Assembly (NCBI GenBank): GCA_030248215.1
Contig: JASANG010001519.1
Coordinates: forward strand, 310,001-374,000
Direction of reading: 5' to 3'
Source of the DNA: Enoplolaimus lenunculus
Lineage: Eukaryota
DNA: 64,000 bases
The notes under the pieces are model-generated. The model saw nothing but the letters and a program-made list of their open reading frames with translations. It had not been told where the DNA came from and did no database searches. The position numbers and the translations under genes are program-made. Shown here piece by piece: positions 11,801 through 22,200 of the stretch. The first letter of the stretch is position 1. The number at the start of each line of letters is the position of its first letter.

Positions 11801-13631
11801 CTGTATAAATTACTAAATGATCGTTAATTAGCTTGGCCTCGCATGCTAAGCTGAATAAAGCAGAAAGCTGGTGATGTCCTTATTGTAACGGACATTGTGT
11901 AGTCAGTTAGCAGCTCTGTTGCAGTAACTCAGCTCAACAGCACTGTGCCGCCAACTGCGCCGAGGGTACGACTGCAGTGTCGGCCGTCCGTTGAAGCATT
12001 ACATGTAACTTCGCTAACTATAGGCCGCACTAAAGGTCAGTTTCAAGACCTGGTGGGAGAATTTTCATGTCAAATTAGCATGCATGATGTAACAAAAAGA
12101 TGTGTCAATTTTATAAGAAATGCAACTAACAGAAGCCTAGAGTTAGCGCACAGTTTGTAACAAGAAGAATCAAAACGGTCCTGGTTAGACAGAATCAAAA
12201 TGGTTCTGGTTAGACAGAATCAAAATGGTTCTGGTTAGACAGAATCAAAATGGTTCTGGTTAGACAGAATCAAAATGGTTCTGGTTAGACAGAATCAAAA
12301 CGGTTCTGGTTAGACAGAATCAAAACGGTTCTGGTTAGACAGAATCTAAACGGTTCTGGTTAGACAGAATCAAAACGGTTCTGGTTAGACAGAATCAAAA
12401 CGGTTCTGGTTAGACAGAATCAAAATGGTTCTGGTTAGACAGAATCAAAACGGTTCTGGTTAGACAGAATCTAAACGGTTCTGGTTAGACAGAATCAAAA
12501 CGGTTCTGGTTAGACAGAATCAAAACGGTTCTGGTTAGACAGAATCAAAACGGTTCTGGTTAGACAGAATCAAAACGGTTCTGGTTAGACAGAATCAAAA
12601 CGGTTCTGGTTAGACAGAATCAGAACTGTTCTGGTTAGACAGAATCAAAACGATTCTGGTTAGACAGAATCAAAACGGTTCTGGTTAGACAGAATCAAAA
12701 CGGTTCTGGTTAGACAGAATCAAAACGGTTCTGGTTAGACAGAATCAAAATGGTTCTGGTTAGACAGAATCAAAACGGTTCTGGTTAGACAGAATCAAAA
12801 CGGTTCTGGTTAGACAGAATCAAAACGGTTCTGGTTAGACAGAATCAGAACTGTTCTGGTTAGACAGAATCAAAACGGTTCTGGTTAGACAGAATCAAAA
12901 CGGTTCTGGTTAGACAGAATCAAAATGGTTCTGGTTAGACAGAATCAAAACGGTTCTGGTTAGACAGAATCTAAACGGTTCTGGTTAGACAGAATCAAAA
13001 CGGTTCTGGTTAGACAGAATCAAAACGGTTCTGGTTAGACAGAATCAAAACGGTTCTGGTTAGACAGAATCAAAACGGTTCTGGTTAGACAGAATCAAAA
13101 CGGTTCTGGTTAGACAGAATCAAAACGGTTCTGGTTAGACAGAATCAAAACGGTTCTGGTTAGACAGAATCAAAACGGTTCTGGTTAGACAGAATCAAAA
13201 CGGTTCTGGTTAGACAGAATCAAAACGGTTCTGGTTAGACAGAATCAACAAAATTTTTTTGAAATATCATGTTGTAAATGTCAGCAAATGAAAAGGTTTG
13301 GTTGGGCATCGCGGTGACCGAACTATTTGTCTTTCCCGGCAAATACCTTGTTTAGCAACAAGACTGACGTTTGACATAAATATATTTTTAACCTTCATTT
13401 GTGTTGAGAACACTTACCAACAAAAACAAACACTGCCAGTCCAATAAACTCAGCCATAAATTGCTTGAAAACCATTCCCACTCCATTGTGTTTGCCCCTT
13501 GCACATAATCGCCGGAACCAGCCGCAACACTGGCCACATTTGCCACCCTTTTCAGCATCGTCTGACACCGCGTCAGGATTTACGGTCCCATAGGTTTTTG
13601 GGTCGTTAACGAGTGCTTTTGTGTCCGACAT
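2778..13631 (-). CDS. AQP8: Aquaporin-8-like (MIP family) channel, complete, 8 coding exons, ~292 aa
   Basis: Exons 13631-13418, 11107-11014, 9981-9855, 8709-8620, 6537-6407, 5855-5772, 4545-4441, 2811-2778 join in frame at GT-AG sites (879 nt incl. TAA). Translation has MIP hallmarks: AEFIG (TM1), GHGL, HISGGHLNPV, EVVLTFILV, APMAIG, SGASMNPARSFGP, HWLGPFVGA. The ar/R-type residues H, I, A, R resemble AQP8/TIP; orthology is inferred, not tested. Confidence 0.9.
3075..4118. mobile_element. Longer copy of the TA-TSD TGACCCGAATAAG family with nested repeat
   Basis: Ends match 63508-63958; internal insert with GTAGGGTTAACG inverted motifs. Confidence 0.65.
4441..4545 (-). CDS. AQP8: Aquaporin exon 7 (PPMDNCPSVEFLWRTHYIHWLGPFVGALIAALMYR)
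   Basis: TM6 W..GP..GA motif; ttttag/gtaagt. Confidence 0.9.
5268..5515 (+). mobile_element. Degenerate second copy of the piggyBac/tRNA-like element
   Basis: Shares the CCCCTCT start, GTGAGAGCCCCCTCGGGCTCGA.CGTC, TGGCTGAGTG and TCGAATCC with 53393-53655. Confidence 0.6.
5772..5855 (-). CDS. AQP8: Aquaporin exon 6 (GTVSGASMNPARSFGPLVMYSIVGRDQ)
   Basis: Second NPA box NPAR; attgcag/gtatga. Confidence 0.93.
6407..6537 (-). CDS. AQP8: Aquaporin exon 5 (IILMEVVLTFILVYTV...VDIIAG)
   Basis: TM4-TM5 motifs; ttttag/gtaagt. Confidence 0.92.
6562..6785. mobile_element. MITE with long TIR (CCGTATTCT.AAATG.GTGTAGCACCTATC)
   Basis: Inverted ends; copies near 26932, 49190, 58007, 58905. Confidence 0.7.
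8185..8463. repeat. ~47-bp tandem repeat x~5 (ACCCG-rich), probably the subterminal region of a MITE
   Basis: Repeated ACCCGACCCACGTTTACCCGCGAGCAC; related ACCCG motifs at 6950-7030 and 10040-10480. Confidence 0.85.
8620..8709 (-). CDS. AQP8: Aquaporin exon 4, loop C (ACLKDSEYTAIGGGT...EFQ)
   Basis: tttgcag/gtatta, 90 nt phase 0-0, fills the loop C gap. Confidence 0.8.
9855..9981 (-). CDS. AQP8: Aquaporin exon 3 (GGHLNPVVTLG...GGFLIW)
   Basis: First NPA box (NPV); tttttcag/gtaaaa. Confidence 0.93.
11014..11107 (-). CDS. AQP8: Aquaporin exon 2 (GLSGRDNSLIAVAAGHGLTIALLIMGIGHIS)
   Basis: tttttcag acceptor, gtaaag donor, phase 1->2. Confidence 0.9.
11391..11897 (+). mobile_element. Helentron-associated (HINE/DINE-1-like) non-autonomous element
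   Basis: T-rich start, subTIR GTCACCGC with an adjacent inverted copy GCGGTGAC, distal GCTGGTGAT followed by hairpin ATGTCC-loop-GGACAT. Confidence 0.55.
12166..13247. repeat. Minisatellite, 25-bp unit x~43 (AGAATCAAAACGGTTCTGGTTAGAC) in aquaporin intron 1
   Basis: Head-to-tail copies with few variant units. Confidence 0.98.
13418..13631 (-). CDS. AQP8: Aquaporin exon 1 (MSDTK...AEFIGLAVFVFVG)
   Basis: ATG at 13631, donor G|gtaagt at 13417; TM1 AEF motif. Confidence 0.9.
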
Positions 13632-16600
13632 TGGAGACGGTACCCTTTGATCTTGAAAATCACACCCGTTTCGGTATGTACAATGTTTTTTGAATAATAA
13701 TATTAAATTATCGTGGCTTAAATTTAGTTTTTATATTGAAACGAGACAAAATACATAAGCGTGGTACGAGTTGGCCCATTCCCAAACCGGCCCATGTTAC
13801 TTTAAGGGGCGTCTAGGTTTCTGGTGGGTCTATAAAAGAGTAGGTTTAGATTCTAGATTATATTTTTGCTAAGGCTTAGGTTTAGGCTTAGGCTTAGCCT
13901 TAGGAACTCATTTTTGCAACGCTTTGGCTTTGGCTTAGGCTTAGGAATACGACTAGTCTACTGTTCCGCTCCTAAAAGTAACATTGGCTAAACTCATGGA
14001 TTACGGACTGACCATAGGAAGCTTCCATCTTGGAAAGCTTAACTTTTTCGCCGACCACGAAATAATAGAGCTGTGAAACATTTTGTTGCGCGGCCCTTCG
14101 CACATATTTGGGGGGGCGACTGTAGTAAGCCGACCGTGGGCTTTACATAAGTTTATGAATAAAAATGTCGCATGTTTATTGTGGGGGTATACGGCAGCAG
14201 AAATATGCAACAAACAACACCTGTGCCCCGTTTGTTCGCCGTAAACCAAGTTTTTTTTATTGGTTGGTTTATAGAGTAAAGACATTCATTCACCGTATGA
14301 CGCTGCTATTACTTGTTATACGTTTTGTTTGAACGCCAAATTTGCAACAGCCTTAGCCAATACTCGGACGGCGTCCATCAAGTTTGTCGGAATTAAAGAA
14401 AACCCATGGCATCTTCAAGCCCAAATCAATTTATGAAATCAACGGCTAACAATTAAAGTTGTTGGTAAAAAGCGCACTGTCTCATAAAAAATGTTCAACC
14501 CTATTCACACCGTGCAAGTTTTTGCAGCAAAAACTTGCACGTGCAACTTGCATGTGCAAGTTTGGTCACAATGCAGCTTTCAAGTTCTGGCCGGTGCAAA
14601 TTATTCACTGAAATTTATGCTATTTAAATTAATTCGCACTTGTGAATGCAGTTGCAAGTCGCTTGAATTCCTTGCACCTGCAGTTTGATTGGTCAATCGA
14701 AATGTTCCTTTGAAAATACCTGCAGCTGCAAGTATTTCGTGCAAGTTGCAGCTGCGTCGGTAGTGAAATTTTGCAAGACAGTCACCGTAGGCAGGTAAAA
14801 TAAATTACATCTCAAAATTTAAAACGTCTGTTAACAGAATGTATCATCTGTTATCATTTTTTAAAATCTTAAAAAAGTTTCTTCCATTTTAAAAACGAGA
14901 AGGTTTGATATTTGTGCGAACAAATAGAAGCACAATTGTTCAGATTTCGACAATTTTCAAACTTTGTCGGGAAAATTTAACTAAAATTCAGATGTTTTAA
15001 ATTGTCAAAATTCAATCAAAAGCAGAAAACAATTTCAAATTTAGATCCGCCGTTTGGCGTTAATGGTAAGTGTAACGAATTTAATAACGCTCAAAAGTTG
15101 AGGATATGTTAATCTTTCGTAGACTACCAAATGTCCGTTGAACGCCGGCGGAAATACTCCGGGACGATAGGATCTTATATCCCTAATTACGTGTCGTGAA
15201 TTGAAGGAGTCCAATAATTCTAATTTAGAATTCATAAACGCCAATTCACCCTAAGTACTTATTAGTTCCTTACTGGGCCAAGTTAAACTCAATAGAAAGT
15301 TTGAATTCTGAAAGAAAACATTACCAACATCGGCCCATGTTTAAAGATCAGGGGTCGCAAAGTTTTTCTGTGCGACTCGAAAAGGGTAAGCTCACGCTTT
15401 AGACTATTTTTTGTTTGGCTTAGGCTTAGGCTTAGAAATATGCTCATTCTTACGCTTAGGCTTAGGCTTAGGCTTAGGCTTAGGAATTCTGCTCATTTCT
15501 TTTACACTTAAGCCAATTCGCCAAGAAATTTTTGTTCAACGTTTGAAAATTTAAACCAAATATACTAAAAAAACCTGGTTATAAGCATACGCAAAGCGGT
15601 ACTGTAGGTACATTCAAACCGGTTCGTTGGATATGGTATAAAGAACCGTTTCATAGCTGGCTTTTACGTTATTGCTAGACCATTTTATGGGTTTATTTAT
15701 TCAGGACTGTATTCGCATTTTAGGCGACGCTAAACATACGTTATCTATATATTTTGTAAGCACACCATGCAAATTATTGGTAGGCTCAAACAGTGCCAAA
15801 CCATAACCACACACTGCTTATAAGCCAAGAACTACGATTTGAATCGCCTACGTACACGGGGCACAAATATATTTTCGGGGCTCAAGCCAAGTACGTCGTT
15901 GCTATGAAACGGATTTGATTCGTCGTTTCGATTACAGGATATTTCAGTGGGGTCCTGTATGCATGGCAGGTGCATGTTGGAATTTTACAAAATTTTATTC
16001 ATTCCATATACGCTAAGCGTTGTTTACTTGCTATATGCAACTATTTTTTGGGTTAACAACGAAAAACGGCTTACAAGGCACGGTCAATGTAAAGAACAGG
16101 GGCGAAATAGTAAGCATATTCCTAAGCCTAAGCCTAAGCCTGAGCCTAAGCCTAAGCGTAAGAATCAGGTCATTTCTAAGCCTAAGCCTAAGCCTAAGCA
16201 TAATCCAAGCAAAAAAGTCAGTCTAAAAGCTGAAGCTTACTCTATTCTAGTGCCACAGAAAAACGTTCTGCCCCTGATCATTACATGGGCCCAAGGCACA
16301 ATAGAAGCGACAATGATAAAAAGGACCGCTTGGAGATGTTGAGTTAACCCTGTTAGTACCAAATTTTGTGCACTACTGAGTACCGGTGGGGTCCATATGG
16401 ACCCCAAGTTATTTTGCATAATTAAGATTGAACATAACTCACTTAAGTAGTAAAATATCACAACAACTAGCTGTTTAAATGGTACAGCGCGATATGGCAA
16501 AAACATAAAAAAAACAAACAAAATGTAATCATCATTCGAACAGATCTTTCAAAGGCTATTTTATAGAACGCAAAATCTTTATTTAGTAGTTAAAAGCTTG

Positions 16601-17612
16601 TAATTAACCAAAAATCAAATTTATGCATACCGCGTGGTCTGAAACGTCCGCAAATACACAAATGACATCAACTTCAAAAATTTTGGTTTACTTTCGTATG
16701 CAATTTTTTTACGTTGGGAAGTGAAATACCGGTCTGATAGAATATATTTTTTTAGGTCTGAACGGTTCAAAACGGCCAAAATAGCCCACAATTCGAAATT
16801 TTTGATTTTTTCGTATGAAGTTTTTTGGGGTTGGGGAGAACGTAGTGGTTACAAAACACGTTTTAGGCTCTAGATAATAGTCTAAATAAAGTGTCGAAAT
16901 GGTTAAAAATTTGAAAACGTTTGATTGACAATGTCGCGTATGTTCTAGAACAACCATTAAAGTATACTGTCAAACCCTAGCAGATACAGGGAGAGGGGTA
17001 GGGGGGCGTACGCCACACCCCCCATCACAATATTTTTGTGTTAAAATGGTAAGGTACCTTACACTTTTTTCTGTTCTGACCATTTTTTGGAAACCACAAT
17101 TTTGTCCACAGAATTTTTTGTGATTAAATCTGCCTTTGCTCACGTTAATAAAATTTAAACCGCATAAACAGCAAATGCCGTAAATTAACAAAATACGTGT
17201 CACCTGTGTCACATAGTCTACTTTAATAGTCGTTAAATTTTGCTAAACATCTTCGTCTTTGGCACCAGTATATAAAATCAGCAATTTTAGAATTGGCCGA
17301 TTTTGCATCGTGTCGTTGGGAGCGCTCAGTATGACTGTGGTCAGTTTGTTGGAAAAACAGCAAGTAGCGATCGAACAGCTTGCGTCGAATTTCATTATGA
17401 CACGTTTTTTGTGAACAGAACAGCCAACGGATGGAAGTGTACCACTTGTCTGAGTACCGTCAGCTTGTTTCATTTTCGAGTCCGATTCGCGTTTGGCAGG
17501 TCCATAAATTTTTGCCTTCTGCAAAACTTATTTTGCATTTCACTTGAGCGAACGCAGTACATCAGCGGTCATATAAGTGTGTCCTTTGACATTAACATTG
17601 ATCACTTTGATT

Positions 17613-17779
17613 CAGGTCCGTAGCCAACTCACCTTGCTAGGGGGGGCTTAAAATTTTTCAGCAGTGGCATTTAAAGGTAGTCAATGACTTTCAAGCAAGG
17701 TTGAAAATCTTCTAGGGGGAAGCCAAAAAATTTCCAGGGGGCTAGGCCTCCCTGTCCCCCCCCGGGAGCCACGGACCCG
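17613..17779. mobile_element. hAT-type MITE, G/C-tract family (CAGG.CCGTAGCC)
   Basis: TSD ctttgatt/ctatgatt; relatives near 28220, 40750, 42130, 57345. Confidence 0.75.
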
Positions 17780-18066
17780 CTATGATTACCTCTGAACTTT
17801 GCAGTACAGGAAGCATCGCTGCGACAACGTATTGGTTCCGGTTTTGCCGACCGGAAATATATGTGACTGTGGTCGGCAATGCTGAGGTGTAATCCAACAG
17901 GCAAGGCACAATTTCAGTGGCTACCTGGTTGCCATCCATCTTGGTCCAATAGGAATAATATTCGTTACTGTTCCACGTCATAAATTGTGAAAATATACGT
18001 TGAAAACACTTTCGGTTGAAAAAAGTGAAGTGCCGTTACCGCTTACCACATAATACAGCCTGAAAT

Positions 18067-18464
18067 TAGGGTGCAACCGAAATCATACAATTTACCGGAA
18101 CCGGCCGGACTTTCAAAAAATTACCGGGAAACGGTCGGCACCGGACAATGAAAAACACATGCCATCGAAAAATTCATTTTAATTTTGTATTTTTTGCAAT
18201 ATTATTGGTGAAATAATTCTAGTTGGATATATTCGCTTTACCTGCTGTATTTTAGATTTTCAAAATTCACGAAAGGAAAATCTACCTTCGATGGTTTTAT
18301 TGTCTACGATTGTCAAGGTTTGCATACTATACTAATGAAATCTATTTAATTTATATCGTCATTTTTAGCAAAATATCATAATTTCCACAAAATTTTAATA
18401 CCTGAATTTTTAATCCCGGTAAAAATTTACCGGAACCAGACCCGGAATTCCGGTTGCGCCTTTG
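18067..18464. mobile_element. hAT-type MITE (TAGGGTGCAACCG)
   Basis: Imperfect TIRs, 8-bp TSD cctgaaat. Confidence 0.8.
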
Positions 18465-18916
18465 CCTGAAATACAAATTACCGTTTACCACAAGGGGTTT
18501 AGTCTGTTCTTCGTATGCCAATTTTTTTGGGCGCTGGAACAGGACATTCAGTCACAGAGAACTACACAATAAAATAGATTTATATTAAATGGCAATTTTT
18601 TCGTACAAAATATGAGTACCACTGCAATACAGGCAGAGGGATTGCATATTTCGACTGGCAAAACTCAATATACAGTAAGTGCTTTTAAAACTTTGAACGA
18701 TGCGTCGAGATAATTGCAACTCCACGATTACCGACACTACTGACTTGGATCCCTAAAGTCAAAACGGTCTTTTATTTGTTTGTTCATCACAAAGCGGATG
18801 CAGACGCGGATCACAATTTTGGGGACTCTTGACGTTAAGCATTAATTGAGCGCCGACGTTTTTGGCCTCCACGAACAAATTTCTCACAGATGCATACAGT
18901 GGTCTTAAAGAATTGT

Positions 18917-19248
18917 TGGCCCGTGTATAGAATAACGCCGGAACAGCAGTATAAGCATATTCCTAAGCCTAAGCCTAAGCTTAAGCCTAAGCGTAAAGAT
19001 GATCCTATATTCCTAAGCCTAAGCTTAAGCCTAAGCGTAAAGATGATCCTATATTCCTAAGCCTAAGCTTAAGCCTAAGCGTAAAGATGATCCTATATTC
19101 CTAAGCCTAAGCTTAAGCCTAAGCGTAAAGATGATCCTATATTCCTAAGCCTAAGCTTAAGCCTAAGCAAAAAACTAAGTCTAAAACTTAAACTAACTCT
19201 ATTACAGCCTCGCACGAAAACGATCCGGTCCTGTTCTGTACATGGTCC
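18917..19248. mobile_element. TTAGGC-MITE subfamily C (TIR GGCCCATGTATAGAACAGGGCCGG) with internal 44-bp x4 tandem expansion
   Basis: TIRs; related copies near 21196-21620, 32147, 44812, 54432, 59140. Confidence 0.8.
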
Positions 19249-22200
19249 GAATTTTTTTGCAACACTTTAACTTTGTGTGGATTTTACATTAAACCGTATC
19301 TGGACTGTCGACCTGAGTGCCCTAATGTCGCTCACTATGTAACCTCAGTTATTTCTACCCAGCCACAAATGTTCTCGTGTTTATTGTCACATGGCAGGTT
19401 GTGATTATGTGCAATTTGATGTGTTGTTGTTTCTGATATGTTTCCATTCTCACTCTGCAACGATGACAACATCGACTACAGTTTACAGTTTGCAAAAAAT
19501 CCGCCGGAACTTTATTGCTTGCGTTAGCTACGCTAACTGACGTAACTGCTCTGTCCGCGTGGTTCGAGGTACTGAACTATTTCAGCTACAATCGAACCTG
19601 TATCTTGCTGTCTGACAGATATCTGGTCAGCTCACAGACTTTTGTTAACGATATTCGCATCCCGTTCAGCAATTCCTGGATTCCTTATGTAATAAAAGAC
19701 GAGGGTGCAGTTTTACCGCAATGTCTATAGTGTGGATCCGGGCCTGTAACAAAGGCGGAATATCCAGGCTCAACTCCGTAGATTGTTTTCCACCAATAGC
19801 AAAAATTTTTTTCACTTTGTATGAAATATATCGCGGATTAGTCAAAGGACACGACTCTACGACAGCTGCCAAAACCGAGACCAAGGCCTTGACCCACTAG
19901 CGGATCCATACAGTGGGCAGGGGCAGCATAAGACCTCCCCCGTCAGAAATGTTTTTGTGTTAAAATGGTAAGGTGTCTACCTACCTACCGTACAATTTTT
20001 CCCGTTAGTTTTAATGATAAAATGATAAGGTCTCTACCTTGCAATTTTTGGCGTTTTATAACGTTTTCCAGCCCGCCTCCCGTCGCAAAATTTTTGGATC
20101 CGTCTCTGCCGTCGCCTGATGGTGGGCAACAAAACGTTGAGTCTATGAGGCATTGGGGTTATATAATCTTGGTCGACAAGTTATCGTCGGGCGACGAAAG
20201 TCATGGCCAATGTTAGTTTTAGGGCCATAACAGGTGATTAAGCGTATTCATAACCTTAAAGCCTAAGTCTAAGCCTAAACCTAAGCTTTCCTATAGCGTA
20301 TTCCCAAGCCTAAGCATAAGCCTAAGCAAAAAATGTAGTCTAGAATGTAAGCCTTCTCTTTTACAGACCCAGCAGAAACCGGGACGGCCCTAAAAGTAAC
20401 ATGAGCCAAAGTGGCCAACATGAGCCAAAGTCATGGAAAGAACTCGTGCATTAAGAATGATAAATATGGTATATAGACTGTTGATAGCCTCCATAATGTT
20501 TTATATCATTGTTTTAAGGCTCAGTGTCATAGGGTATCTTTGTCTGTGTATTGTATTGAACTAGCCGTTACCACTTGAGTGACTTACAAGTTCATTGTAT
20601 TGTACACTGCAAAAAATGGTGAGTAAAATTAACTGTCCCCGAAATAGGTTCTACGAGACTACATAAAATGGATCAAATTCGACTTCGCCAGAATCACATT
20701 TGTCTCATTGATTTGCGTGTTTGACTGCGGCGGAGTCGAATTTGACTCAGTTTGTGTGGTCACGTAGAGCATATTTCGGCGCGAGACGTTTTAACTCACC
20801 ATTTTTTGCTGTCTACGCCGTGCTTATAAAAAACAATAAATGTCAAAAATTTTATTTAAAAATATTGCTAGTACGAGCGCCAAATTGTGTTTTGGATAAA
20901 TAGATTATATTTTATTTTCAAAATTTATGGTTTTCAACGCTACCAATATTGAAGTTTATGAGTTTATTTGACAGCTACGGTGTAACATTGACCGTTTTTC
21001 AAGTACAGAACATATTTTTTATTGTATGCATTAATTTTTTTCGTAGTTTTCCTCAAATTTTGCAGCGCAGTGTACAACTAAAAGTCGTTAGTCAAAAAAC
21101 GTTGCTTTGTCTCATCGAATAAAATTATAAACACAATTTCGAACGTTGCCCAAATGCCAAGATTCCTAAGCAGTCTTGGGTTATAGTTTGCAATGACCCG
21201 CGTAAAGATCAGGGCCAGATCGTTTTTCAGCAGGACTGCAATAGAGTAAATGGCCCATGTATAGAACAGGGCCGGGCCGTTTTCCAGCTGGGCTGTAAAT
21301 AGAGTTAGTTTAAGCATATTACACGAACTTTTTTGCTTAGTTTAGGCTTAGGCTTACGCTTAGGCTTAGGCTTAGGAATAGTCTCATTCTTACGCTTTGA
21401 CGTACGCGTTAGAATACGCATATACTACTGTTCCGGCCGTGTTCTATACATGGGCCGAGTAAAGCTTTTAGACTATATTGTTTTGCTTAGGCTTAGGCTA
21501 GGCTTAATAGGCTTACGCTTAGGTGTAAGCTCATTCTTACACTGAGACTTATTCTTAGGCTAAGGTTTAGGATGCGAATATGTTTATACTACCGTTACGG
21601 CCCTGTTCTATGCATTGGCTCTTGAAGCAATCGTTTTTGCGCACATTTTATTGTATTCAGTGATGCTGTCCGCTAAATTTTGATAATTTAATCTAATGAA
21701 ATTAGCAAAACAATGTCCAGTGCAAGCAGTTTGATTTAAATTTTAATTATACCGACATTTGATTTTAGCTGAAAACAAACGAAATCGTAGTCTCTTCTTT
21801 ATTTTGACCAACTGCTCTTGAATTTAGACTCAGGCATAGTTTAGAGAAAAGCTTACCTAACCTTAGGCAAAGCGTTAAGCCTGTACCTAAACCTGAACAC
21901 AGCTTAAACCTTTTTAATACGGGAAAGTGTATAAAGAGCTCAATACAGTATTGACCCGAATAAGACGGGGTAATAAGAGGGGGTCCTTATTTTGAGTCCC
22001 GATCAATAGGAGTCCGTATCTCTAATAAGAGTCCGTAAGCGGATAGAGTCCGTGAACCCTAATTAGAGTACGGATTTTAGCAATACCCAATATATCAGTA
22101 ACGAAGGACGGCGGAGGGTGAATTAAAAATTAAATAACAGTCCGTAACCGAATAACAAGGGGGTACCCTGTGGAGAGGCCAAGTAAATATCAGTTCCTCC

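Noticed and set aside
12166..13247. CRISPR-like regular array (also 1400-1749)
   Set aside because: Units are directly head-to-tail with no unique spacers, there are no cas genes, and the context is eukaryotic.
15947..16342. ORFs with PKPKPK / LSLSLS / LRLRLG runs (also 21333, 42628, 45806, 54381, 57581, 61604)
   Set aside because: These are translations of TTAGGC/GCCTAA hexamers inside MITEs.
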